Positions 14,786 to 22,807 are shown, counted from the first letter of the stretch. The stretch: DNA of 32,000 nt from Geotalea uraniireducens Rf4 (GCF_000016745.1 NC_009483.1:4740001-4772000); one strand, 5' to 3'. The notes: generated by a model not told the origin, from the sequence alone. Translations and numbers: made by a program.

Positions 14786-15682
14786 CTATCTGAGATAATC
14801 GAGCAGGGTGACCTGGGAAATTTTGGCTGACGCCGCAATGGCCGCCTGGTAGGCGGTCTGCTGTTTGGAAAGGTCGCTTATGACCTGCATGTAGTCCACG
14901 TCCTGGATGTTGGAAAGTATCTTGGTAAGGCTTAGCTTCGTGTTGTCGTTGACCTGGCTCGACCCGTCGAGGCGGTTCATCCTGGCCCCCACGTCGGAAC
15001 GGGCAGCGAGGACCTGGCTCATGGCGCTGTCCAGGTTCGGCAGCTCCGCCTGGACCGCAGACGTGCTGCCGGCGTTGAGGGCGGTTACCAGGTTGTCAAA
15101 GATTTTGATGATGTCGGTCCCGCTGCTCCCCGCCGGCGTCCCGCCGTTGACCAGCTTGTCGCCGGCATAGTTGACCGGCAGGAAAGTTCCCCGCTCGATT
15201 TCGATATTTATGTCGTCATTTGTGCCGGTGAAGTTGCCGGCGGCATCGAAGGGGGGGGTGTCGTTCTTGAAGCCGCCGAAGATATACTTGCCGTTGAGCT
15301 GGGTATTGCCGAGGGTTATGATCTGTCCCTTCAACTGCTGCAGCTCGTTTACGGCGGCAGTCCTAGAGTCGGCGTTGTTGGTGTCGCTGGACATGGCAAC
15401 GGCAAGCTCCTTGGCTCTGGAAAGTACGTCCCCCATCCCGGCCATGGCGGAATCGGCCATGGTGAGCAGAGAAGTTCCGTTGGTGATGTTCCGCGCATAC
15501 TGTTCGCCGGCAGCGGTCAGCGACTTCAGATGGAGGATCTGCTGGGTATTTACCGGGTCATCCCCCGGCGCGCTTATTTTTGCGCCGGTGGATGATTGCT
15601 GCTGCAGTTGCTCCTGCCGTTCCCGTATCACCTGGAGGTTGTTCAGCACCAGGTTGGCCGTGGTATTCTGTGTCACGCGCAT
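14786..15682 (-). CDS. flgL: Flagellar hook-filament junction protein FlgL (HAP3)
   Basis: Track ORF 14786..15706. I prefer ATG 15682 (MRVTQNTTANLVLNNLQ...), preceded by AAGGAG with a 6-nt spacer. It has flagellin-like termini. Confidence 0.85.
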   Translation of the reverse strand: MRVTQNTTANLVLNNLQVIRERQEQLQQQSSTGAKISAPGDDPVNTQQILHLKSLTAAGEQYARNITNGTSLLTMADSAMAGMGDVLSRAKELAVAMSSDTNNADSRTAAVNELQQLKGQIITLGNTQLNGKYIFGGFKNDTPPFDAAGNFTGTNDDINIEIERGTFLPVNYAGDKLVNGGTPAGSSGTDIIKIFDNLVTALNAGSTSAVQAELPNLDSAMSQVLAARSDVGARMNRLDGSSQVNDNTKLSLTKILSNIQDVDYMQVISDLSKQQTAYQAAIAASAKISQVTLLDYLR

Positions 15683-15731
15683 GAATTGCTCCTTAACCCG
15701 GAACACGGGAAACCCGTTTCCGCCCGATAAA

Positions 15732-17168
15732 CTATTTTACGAGATTGATCACGGTATCCAGCATTTCACTGCCGACATTGATCAACTTTGCCGCCCCTTC
15801 GTAAGCCTTCTGGTACTTGATCAGGTTGGCGAGCTCTTCATCCAGCGAAACGCCTGAAGCCGACTCGCGCATGTTGTTGAGTTGCTTGAGTATCCCGTCG
15901 CTCTGGCTTTCCGCCCGTCCGGCGTTCTGCACATCGACGCCGACCTTGCCGACCAGTGAGTCGTAAAACCCTTCCAGTGTCACGTTTCCCGCGGACATGG
16001 CGAGGAACTTGTCGTAAACGCTCGCAATGCTCTGGGCGTTCTTGTTGTTGCCGGTTCCGTTGACCGTCGGGTCCGCATCGGCTGCTGCAACATCGCTGAT
16101 CGCAGCGATGTTGACCCCTATCCCCCCCTGGCCGCTGTATCCGGCCACAGCCGCGGGGGGGGCGAAGAAATCGAGGCCGGTTGAGGCCGCGGTGAGGCCG
16201 TAGCCTGCCGAATGGAGCCCGTTCACTTCGCTGGCCAGCGTAGAGGCGAGCTCGTCCAGCTCGGAGAGATAATTGTTCACCATCGTATCACGCACCAGGA
16301 GTGCCCCCCCTATCTCTCCCTGGGTGTTGCCCGGACCGCCGATGAAGGCTGTTGCATTTACCGCTGGGCCGCCTCCCGGCGGCGTTAACAGGATATCGTA
16401 GAATCCGGAGTTTGCGGCGTTCGGTAGGAGCGAAAGTGCGGCGGCATCTTTTCCGACAACGAGCGATTGGCCGGAAGTGAGGCTGACATCGACCATGCCG
16501 TCGGGCTGCTCGACAAAACTGATCCCCACCTTCTGCGACAGTTGCCGGAGGAGGAGGTCCCGCTTGTCCCGCATCTCGTTCGCCGGGCCGCTCTGGACCT
16601 CGATCTGCTTGATCTGCAAGTTGAGCGTTGCAATCTGGTTCAATGTGTCGTTGATATCGGAGACCTGGCCTTCCAGCGACTTGTTCATGTCGCTTTTGAC
16701 ATCGTTCAGATTGGAGTTTATCCGGTGGAAGTTGTCGACAAGCTGTTGCCCCTGCGACAAAACCGCCTGCCGCTCCGGCGCCCCCTGGGGGTTTACGGTC
16801 AGGTCCTGCCAGGACTTGAAAAAGTTCTGGAGCGACACGCCGAGGCCATCCGTGGTAAATTCGTTGAACAGTTGCTGGACCCTTTGCAGCGCCGAGTTCG
16901 AGGTCTTTCCCTGACCGTATGTGGCGTTCTGCCCCATGATCTGCGTCTGGAGAAACCCGTCGTACGAGCGTTGCACGGCCGCCACCTTGACCCCGCTGCC
17001 GAGCGGGAAACCACGTTCGAGGGTGGTGGGCGCGGTCTCTAAAATTGTTGTCTGCCGGGAATAGCCGGTGGTGTTTACATTGGTGATGTTTTCACCGGTC
17101 ACCTCCAGCGCCAGCTTCTGGGCATTGAGCGCCGTTCTTCCGGTTTCCAACAGGCTGTTGATACTCAT
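15732..17168 (-). CDS. flgK: Flagellar hook-associated protein FlgK (HAP1)
   Basis: MSINSLLETGRTALNAQKLALEVTGENITNVNTTGYSRQ ... LDEELANLIKYQKAYEGAAKLI. Confidence 0.9.
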   Translation of the reverse strand: MSINSLLETGRTALNAQKLALEVTGENITNVNTTGYSRQTTILETAPTTLERGFPLGSGVKVAAVQRSYDGFLQTQIMGQNATYGQGKTSNSALQRVQQLFNEFTTDGLGVSLQNFFKSWQDLTVNPQGAPERQAVLSQGQQLVDNFHRINSNLNDVKSDMNKSLEGQVSDINDTLNQIATLNLQIKQIEVQSGPANEMRDKRDLLLRQLSQKVGISFVEQPDGMVDVSLTSGQSLVVGKDAAALSLLPNAANSGFYDILLTPPGGGPAVNATAFIGGPGNTQGEIGGALLVRDTMVNNYLSELDELASTLASEVNGLHSAGYGLTAASTGLDFFAPPAAVAGYSGQGGIGVNIAAISDVAAADADPTVNGTGNNKNAQSIASVYDKFLAMSAGNVTLEGFYDSLVGKVGVDVQNAGRAESQSDGILKQLNNMRESASGVSLDEELANLIKYQKAYEGAAKLINVGSEMLDTVINLVK

Positions 17169-17169
17169 C

Positions 17170-17673
17170 TCAGATCTCCTTGCAGATAATCCTGGCGTGC
17201 GGTGCCGCCCCCAGCATCTGTCCCGCCTTGCCGTAAGTGGTGCTGCGGCTGAACAGGTGACCGAAAAATTCCAGTGAACGGTTTACCGTGCGCAAAGCGC
17301 CATAGAGAAGCTCCCTGTTGAACGCCATCAGATGGTCAAGTGCGGCGCCCGTCTCCAGAAGCTTTCGTTGCAGCTCCATCAAAGTTTTCCTGTGCGGCAA
17401 AGCAACCTTCGGCAGCAGGGGGGAAAGGCCGGCCGCTTCCGGAAGGCCGAGTTCCGCGGCCAGTTGTTTCATCAGTTGCCGGCTGAGGTTACCGGATCTT
17501 TCCAAGCGGACGAAGAGCTCCCTTGTTTTCCCCATCTGCGTTTCGAGGTTCGCCGTATCCAATTTGACGATAAGGCGATGCTCTTCTTCGAGCAGCTTGA
17601 GGAGCTCGTCCATCATGCTTCCCTTTTCAGAAAGGGCCATTATGAGTTCAGGAATACTGTCCGCCATTGCCAT
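17170..17673 (-). CDS. flgN: FlgN-family flagellar export chaperone
   Basis: Helical protein with LLKLLEEEHRLIVKLDTANLETQMGKTRELFVRLE, sitting in the flgM-flgN-flgK position. The GGAGG spacing favours the third codon (ATG 17667) as the real start. Confidence 0.7.
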   Translation of the reverse strand: MAMADSIPELIMALSEKGSMMDELLKLLEEEHRLIVKLDTANLETQMGKTRELFVRLERSGNLSRQLMKQLAAELGLPEAAGLSPLLPKVALPHRKTLMELQRKLLETGAALDHLMAFNRELLYGALRTVNRSLEFFGHLFSRSTTYGKAGQMLGAAPHARIICKEI

Positions 17674-17680
17674 CCTCCGT

Positions 17681-17974
17681 TTACTTCGTCATGCCGACAA
17701 TACTCAGCATCTTTTCCGCAACAAGACCGGCATCCACCCCATATGTCCCGAGGCTGACCTGCTGTTTCAGGGAGGCAATTTTCTCGTCCCTGTACTCGGG
17801 CAGCTCGGCCGCCATCTTTTTCAGCCTTTCGATCCCGCCTTTGGGGGTGAATTTGTCCAATGGCCCGGCCTTTTGATCGCTCTCCTTCTGTCGGCCCGCC
17901 ACACCGGCGTTCTCAAGGGTTTCAGCAGTACGTACATTTGCCCTGGACAGTAAAAACTTATTATCGACTTTCAC
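17681..17974 (-). CDS. flgM: Anti-sigma-28 factor FlgM
   Basis: 97 aa with a GTG start. The C-terminal RDEKIASLKQQVSLGTYGVDAGLVAEKML matches the FlgM sigma28-binding region. Confidence 0.8.
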   Translation of the reverse strand: MKVDNKFLLSRANVRTAETLENAGVAGRQKESDQKAGPLDKFTPKGGIERLKKMAAELPEYRDEKIASLKQQVSLGTYGVDAGLVAEKMLSIVGMTK

Positions 17975-18004
17975 TTCGTCACCTTTTCCCCGCTGTCGCC
18001 GGGG

Positions 18005-18367
18005 TCAGTAAACATTTTTTAAACCGCCATTTTCAGGTTCAACTTTTTTGTCCTGCCGTACCAGTTGCTTTTCGATCATCCGGGCCAACCCCACGCCGCC
18101 GCTGTCGACAACACCCTTTGCATATTCCTGATCCAGAAGAGACTGGTAAACTTCTTCACCATGCCCCCCCCCGGTCAGTTTGTCCTTGCCGACCGTTTCC
18201 CGCATGGACTTGAGCATCATGCCGACAAACATGACTTCAAACTCGCGGGCCACTTTTTTGGCAGCCGCCTTCTCCTTTTCGGCAGATTGCGGCTGAAACT
18301 TTAGCGATTGCCGTAATTTCACATCCTCAACAGGCATGGCCGTCACCGGCGTTGTGCTAACATCCAT
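18005..18367 (-). CDS. flgJ: Rod-binding protein (FlgJ N-terminal domain only; no muramidase domain)
   Basis: Track ORF 18005..18415. The first 16 codons are read-through of the heptad array, so I prefer ATG 18367 (MDVSTTPV...). FEVMFVGMMLKSMRETV...EVYQSLLDQEYAK is the rod-binding motif. Confidence 0.75.
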   Translation of the reverse strand: MDVSTTPVTAMPVEDVKLRQSLKFQPQSAEKEKAAAKKVAREFEVMFVGMMLKSMRETVGKDKLTGGGHGEEVYQSLLDQEYAKGVVDSGGVGLARMIEKQLVRQDKKVEPENGGLKNVY

Positions 18368-18376
18368 ATAATTCCC

Positions 18377-18459
18377 CCACCGACCACCGACCACCGACCA
18401 CCGACCACCGACCACCGACCACCGTCTGCCGTCTGCCGTCTGCCGTCTGCCGTCTGCCG
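18377..18459. repeat. Heptanucleotide tandem arrays (CCACCGA)x7 then (TCTGCCG)x5, filling the flgI-flgJ spacer
   Basis: Read directly: 18377-18424 holds 6 perfect copies plus one 6/7 copy, and 18425-18459 holds 5 perfect copies. In mRNA sense this is (CGGCAGA)5(CGGUGGU)7. Confidence 0.95.
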
Positions 18460-18465
18460 ACCGCC

Positions 18466-19572
18466 CTAAATGACCATCAATTCGGCATTCAGCGCACCCG
18501 CCGCCTTGATCGCCTGCATGATGCCGATCAGGTCGCGGGGGGTTACGCCCAGGGCATTGAGCGCCCGTACCACGTCGCCGATGTTCGCACCCTGCTGCAA
18601 AATCGCCAGGCTGCCCCGGTCCTCGGTTACCTTGATCGATGTACGCGGCACCACTTTTGTTTCGCCCGTGCTGCTAAACGGTGCGGGCTGGGAAACCCGC
18701 GGCGTTTCCTTGACGTAGAGGGTGAGGTTGCCGTGGGAAACCGCCACCGTGGAGATACGCACGTTCTCGCCGATGACTATCGTGCCGGTCCGTTCATTGA
18801 GGACCACCCTGGCCATGACATCCGGGGTCACCTCAAGCCGCTCCAGCGCCGCCACGAACTCCACCGTTTTTCCCTGATAGTCATCGGGAATGGCGAGTTG
18901 CACGGAACCGGGATCGGTCAGGGACGCCACCGTCATCTTGAATTTATTGTTGATGACCGCCGCCACCCGTGACGCTGTAGTGAAGTCCGGCTGGTGAAGA
19001 TTCAGCCTCAGCTGGCTTCGACCAGCCAGTACATTGGGGAGCTCCCGCTCGACAAGGGCTCCGCCCGGCACCCGGCCGGCGGTCGGATGATTCTTCTGCA
19101 CCGATGCCGCCTGGCCGCCATAGGAGAAAGAGTTGGTAAGCACCCCTCCCTGTGCCACCGCATAGATTTGGCTGTCGGCACCTTTCAACGGTGTCATCAG
19201 GAGCGTTCCGCCTGCCAGACTCTTGGAGTCTCCAACCGATGAAACGAGCACGTCGAGACTGTTCCCCTGCTTGGCAAACGGCGGAAGCGCCGCCGTCACC
19301 ATCACGGCAGCCACGTTTTTGACGGTGATGTCGGCACGATTGATCGTTATCCCCATCCGTTCCAGGGTGTTCACCAGGGACTGGACCGGAAACTTGGTCT
19401 GGTCGCTGTCGCCGGTGCCGTTCAGGCCGACGACGAGCCCGTAACCGATGAGCTGGTTCTCCCGCACCCCGTCGAACGCGGCAATATCCTTGATGCGAAC
19501 CGCCAGGGCAAACTGCGGGAGGGCCAGGAGCAGAAACGCAGCAAAAACTATTTTTCGAAAAATACTATTCAT
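18466..19572 (-). CDS. flgI: Flagellar P-ring protein FlgI
   Basis: Signal peptide MNSIFRKIVFAAFLLLALPQFALA, then VRIKDIAAFDGVRENQLIGYGLVVGLNGTGD. The track starts at GTG 19575; ATG 19572 is equally possible. Confidence 0.95.
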   Translation of the reverse strand: MNSIFRKIVFAAFLLLALPQFALAVRIKDIAAFDGVRENQLIGYGLVVGLNGTGDSDQTKFPVQSLVNTLERMGITINRADITVKNVAAVMVTAALPPFAKQGNSLDVLVSSVGDSKSLAGGTLLMTPLKGADSQIYAVAQGGVLTNSFSYGGQAASVQKNHPTAGRVPGGALVERELPNVLAGRSQLRLNLHQPDFTTASRVAAVINNKFKMTVASLTDPGSVQLAIPDDYQGKTVEFVAALERLEVTPDVMARVVLNERTGTIVIGENVRISTVAVSHGNLTLYVKETPRVSQPAPFSSTGETKVVPRTSIKVTEDRGSLAILQQGANIGDVVRALNALGVTPRDLIGIMQAIKAAGALNAELMVI

Positions 19573-19635
19573 CACCCTTCACCCTTCACCCTTCACCCTT
19601 CACCCTTCCGACCACCGACCACCGACCACCGACCG
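19573..19635. repeat. Heptanucleotide tandem arrays (CACCCTT)x5 then (CCGACCA)x4, in the flgH-flgI spacer and abutting the flgI start
   Basis: Read directly. In mRNA sense this is (UGGUCGG)4(AAGGGUG)5-AUG. CCGACCA is the same cyclic unit, in the same orientation, as the 18377-18424 array. Confidence 0.95.
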
Positions 19636-19657
19636 CCTTCAAACCATCGACCGCCAT

Positions 19658-20347
19658 TCAAAACGGCCAGATGGTGTCGAATAACCCCATCAGCCAGCCC
19701 GGTTTCTGCCTGTCGCTGATGATCCCCTTGCCGCTGTAGTTGATCCTCGCATCGGCGACATAGATTGAGTTGACCACGTTATCGGAACTTATGTCCCGGG
19801 GCCGGACCGTGCCGGTCAGGACAATGACCTGATCCTCATTGTTGACCTTGACGTTGCGCTTTCCTTCGATGAGGAGGTTGCCGTTGCCAAGCACATCAAC
19901 CACCTTGGCGGTAATGGTTGCATTCAGGTTCTCTTGCCTGGTCGTTTTCCCGCTGCCGTCGAACTTTGAATCAAAACTGGCGCTGATCAGCTTATTCAGA
20001 TCCATCCAGTTTTTTATCCCGGTCACGTTTGTCTCAAGCCCCAGCAGATTGGGAATACCGGCAGATATGCTGCTGCCGCGCGTAGTACCGGTGGTCGCCT
20101 GCTTGCTGGCGCTCGACTGCTCATTGATCACCACCGTTACGGTGTCACCGCGCTTGCGTGCCTTGAAATCATCGGCAAAACCGCTGGAGGAATCCTGCCA
20201 GATGGAGCCGTTGGCATAGTTCGGCCGCGACGGCTGCAACTGTTCGTCGAATGCCGGTGTCCTCACCTCGGCCGTCCGGATCGAACAGGCGGCGAGGAGC
20301 AGCAAGACGGGGAGCGACATCATTTTTATGCATGTTATGGTTTTCAT
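19658..20347 (-). CDS. flgH: Flagellar L-ring lipoprotein FlgH
   Basis: Lipobox LLLAAC, plus DFKARKRGDTVTVVINEQSSASKQ and LLIEGKRNVKVNNEDQVIVLTGTVRPRDI. Confidence 0.9.
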   Translation of the reverse strand: MKTITCIKMMSLPVLLLLAACSIRTAEVRTPAFDEQLQPSRPNYANGSIWQDSSSGFADDFKARKRGDTVTVVINEQSSASKQATTGTTRGSSISAGIPNLLGLETNVTGIKNWMDLNKLISASFDSKFDGSGKTTRQENLNATITAKVVDVLGNGNLLIEGKRNVKVNNEDQVIVLTGTVRPRDISSDNVVNSIYVADARINYSGKGIISDRQKPGWLMGLFDTIWPF

Positions 20348-20356
20348 ATTCTTCGC

Positions 20357-21073
20357 CTAAAAATCCACCTTGACGGTTGTGGCATCGACCACGCGGGCGG
20401 CAACCTCCTTCTGTGAAGCGAGATTCTGCACCATGACCGTATCCCCTTCCGCCCCCGAGTTTCTTGCCCTGCCGGCGGCGGTTATACGCAGTGCGTCGTT
20501 CTCGACGACGATGGTAACCAGTTGACCGCTCTTGACCAATGAAATTTTCTCCAGGTAATCGGCCCGGATCGGGTTATTGCCCCGGATTGCCGTTCGCACC
20601 CTTTTTCCTACTGCCTCTTCTGCGGTGCGACAGGTCTTTCCCTGCATCTTCGCCAGGTCCCTCTTCTGCACAGCGATGTCACCGTTTCCGATGACCTCGC
20701 CCCGCTCCAGGGGACGCACCGCCACTACCACATCCGCCAGCGCTTCAACCTCGACCTTGACGGAAATGTTCCGTTCGACCCGGTCGTTGACCCTGACGAT
20801 GAGTGCAAGGTTGGCATTTCCCCATCCTTCCCAACGGTCCGGGGCCACCACCTCATAACTGATCGTGCCGGCAGGAAGGGCCATGTCTCCGCTGTAGCCG
20901 ATCTTTTTGACGCTGACATCCAACCCCAGGTTCTCGCTCTTTTGCCGGAGATGGTCGTCCAATACCCGACGGATGTCCGCCTCCTTCACCACTATCTGTC
21001 CCGCCGCGCCGGCGGAGGCGATGAATGCCAGCGCCAGCACCAGCAGCATTCCTGTCTGTAAAATACATTTCAT
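20357..21073 (-). CDS. flgA: Flagellar P-ring assembly chaperone FlgA
   Basis: Signal peptide, a SAF-like domain, and C-terminal GQLVTIVVENDALRITAAGRARNSGAEGDTVMVQNLASQKEVAARV. Confidence 0.85.
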   Translation of the reverse strand: MKCILQTGMLLVLALAFIASAGAAGQIVVKEADIRRVLDDHLRQKSENLGLDVSVKKIGYSGDMALPAGTISYEVVAPDRWEGWGNANLALIVRVNDRVERNISVKVEVEALADVVVAVRPLERGEVIGNGDIAVQKRDLAKMQGKTCRTAEEAVGKRVRTAIRGNNPIRADYLEKISLVKSGQLVTIVVENDALRITAAGRARNSGAEGDTVMVQNLASQKEVAARVVDATTVKVDF

Positions 21074-21098
21074 CGGCTTCCCCGATCTTCACTCTTCG

Positions 21099-21887
21099 CT
21101 ATCGTCTCAGGTTGTTGGCCGTCTGGAGCATCTCATCCGCTGCCTGCACAGCCTTGGAGTTTATCTCGTAGGCCCTCTGACCGACGATCATGTTGACCAT
21201 TTCTTCCATGACGCTCACGTTGCTCATCTCCAGGAATCCCTGGCTGAGGGTGCCGATACCGTTTTGACCGGATGTGCCGGTTGTAGCGGCCCCCGAAGAA
21301 TCTGTCGGCTGATAGAGATTATGTCCGAGGCTTGAGAGGCCTGCGGGATTGGAGAAGGTTGCTAGCTGGATGGTGCCGACGCTGGTCGGCGTGTTCTGCC
21401 CCGACTGCATCACGGATACGGTTCCGTCATTCCCCACGGTGATCTTGGTGGCGTTGTTCGGAATTATCACCTCGGGGAGGAGCGGATACCCGTCGGAGTT
21501 CACCATCCGCCCCTGGCTGTCTTTTTTGAAAGAACCGGCCCGGGAATAATTGGTGGAACCGTCCGGCATCTGGATCTGGAAGAACCCCTCCCCCTCGATG
21601 GCCAGGTCCATCTCGTTGCCGGTCTGGGTGATGTTGCCGGCGGTAAAGATCTTGCTGACCGCGGCAGCCTTGGAGCCAAGTCCCACCTGGATGCCGGTCG
21701 GTATCTGGGTGGCGTTTGTGGACGGAGCACCACTGGTCTTCAGGTTCTGGTACATGAGATCCTGGAAATCGGCACGGCTTTTCTTAAAGCCGGTTGTATT
21801 GACGTTGGCGAGATTGTTGGCTACCACATCGATGTTGAGTTGTTGAGCCTGCATACCTGATGCAGCAGTCCATAATGCCCTTATCAT
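21099..21887 (-). CDS. flgG: Flagellar distal rod protein FlgG
   Basis: [47 protein letters not shown] ... [29 protein letters not shown]. Confidence 0.95.
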   Translation of the reverse strand: MIRALWTAASGMQAQQLNIDVVANNLANVNTTGFKKSRADFQDLMYQNLKTSGAPSTNATQIPTGIQVGLGSKAAAVSKIFTAGNITQTGNEMDLAIEGEGFFQIQMPDGSTNYSRAGSFKKDSQGRMVNSDGYPLLPEVIIPNNATKITVGNDGTVSVMQSGQNTPTSVGTIQLATFSNPAGLSSLGHNLYQPTDSSGAATTGTSGQNGIGTLSQGFLEMSNVSVMEEMVNMIVGQRAYEINSKAVQAADEMLQTANNLRR

Positions 21888-21907
21888 TTCTTACCCCCTT
21901 TAAGATC

Positions 21908-22034
21908 GTTCTATGTTCTATGTTCTACGTTCCAGGTTCAAAGTTCAAAGTTCAAAGTTCAAAGTTCGAAGTTCGAAGTTCGAAGTTCGAAGTTCGAAGT
22001 TCGAAGTTCAAAAGCTAAATCTTAGAACTTAGAA
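21908..22034. repeat. Heptanucleotide tandem array GTTCNNN x15 plus (CTTAGAA)x2, filling the flgF-flgG spacer
   Basis: Read directly. 21908-22012 holds GTTCTATx2, GTTCTAC, GTTCCAG, GTTCAAAx4, GTTCGAAx6 and GTTCAAA. 22021-22034 holds CTTAGAAx2. Confidence 0.95.
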
Positions 22035-22038
22035 CCGT

Positions 22039-22773
22039 CTACAGTTTTCCCAGCTCGTTGGCCGCCTTTGCCGCGACGTCGTCGTAACTCCGTATCACCT
22101 TCTGGCAGGAGTCGAAATATCGGCTCGTTTCTATCATCCGCGCCATTTCCGTGACGACATTGACATTCGAATCCTCAAGGAATCCCTGCTTTACCGACGC
22201 AGTGGTAACGGCTTGTGGCGCAACCTGGGGATCAGCCGGGATAAACAGGCCGTTGCCGATCTTCTCCAGCGCATACGGCTTGGGGAAATCAACGACCTCC
22301 AGGGTCCCCACGGATACGCCATCCACAAGAACCCCTCCCTTGCCGTTTATATCCACTCTGCCGCCGGTAATGGTGATCGGCCCGCGCCCCTGGACCTCAT
22401 AACCGTCGCCCGTCACGAGCTTACCGGAGGCATCTCTCTGAAAACTCCCCTGCCTGGTATACGCCTTTCCCTGGGGGGTGTTCACCACGAAAAAACCATC
22501 GCCGTCCAGCGCCACATCCAACGTATTGCCGGTCTGCTTGAGCGGTCCCGCTGAATAGTTGGTGAAAAACTTCTCGCCGCTGAAAACCGGCAAATCCGTC
22601 AAGTTCCCCGCCGTCAGGGTCGGGTTTTTTGTATTGGCCAGCACGCTCTCGAACTGGAGGCGGTCGCCTTTAAAGCCGGGAGTGTTGGCGTTGGCCAGGT
22701 TGTTCGATATGACTTCCAGCCGCTGCATTGCCGCAAGGCTGCCGGAAAGCGCCGCATACAAACCGCTGTTCAT
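22039..22773 (-). CDS. flgF: Flagellar proximal rod protein FlgF
   Basis: MNSGLYAALSGSLAAMQRLEVISNNLANANTPGFKGDRLQFESV ... GFLEDSNVNVVTEMARMIETSRYFDS. It sits directly upstream of flgG. Confidence 0.85.
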   Translation of the reverse strand: MNSGLYAALSGSLAAMQRLEVISNNLANANTPGFKGDRLQFESVLANTKNPTLTAGNLTDLPVFSGEKFFTNYSAGPLKQTGNTLDVALDGDGFFVVNTPQGKAYTRQGSFQRDASGKLVTGDGYEVQGRGPITITGGRVDINGKGGVLVDGVSVGTLEVVDFPKPYALEKIGNGLFIPADPQVAPQAVTTASVKQGFLEDSNVNVVTEMARMIETSRYFDSCQKVIRSYDDVAAKAANELGKL

Positions 22774-22807
22774 AAGGGACTCCTCTTAACTGTTTCAGGT
22801 TTGATAC

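Noticed and set aside
15707-15721. Small inverted repeat GGAAACCCGTTTCC between flgK and flgL, and the shared CGCCCGATAAA strings at about 14766 and 15721
   Set aside because: The stem is only 5-6 bp with a tiny loop. The CCCGATAA strings are on the non-transcribed (+) orientation with no -35 partner, so they are probably coincidental.
18368-18415. N-terminal extension MVGGRWSVVGGRWGNY of the flgJ ORF
   Set aside because: It is read-through of the heptad array from a GTG. The internal ATG 18367 has a GGGGGA RBS and begins the conserved protein.
18377-22034. Possibility that the short repeat arrays are CRISPR arrays
   Set aside because: The units are 7 nt and directly abutting, with no unique spacers. 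There is no leader and no cas genes. They are microsatellite-type tandem repeats.
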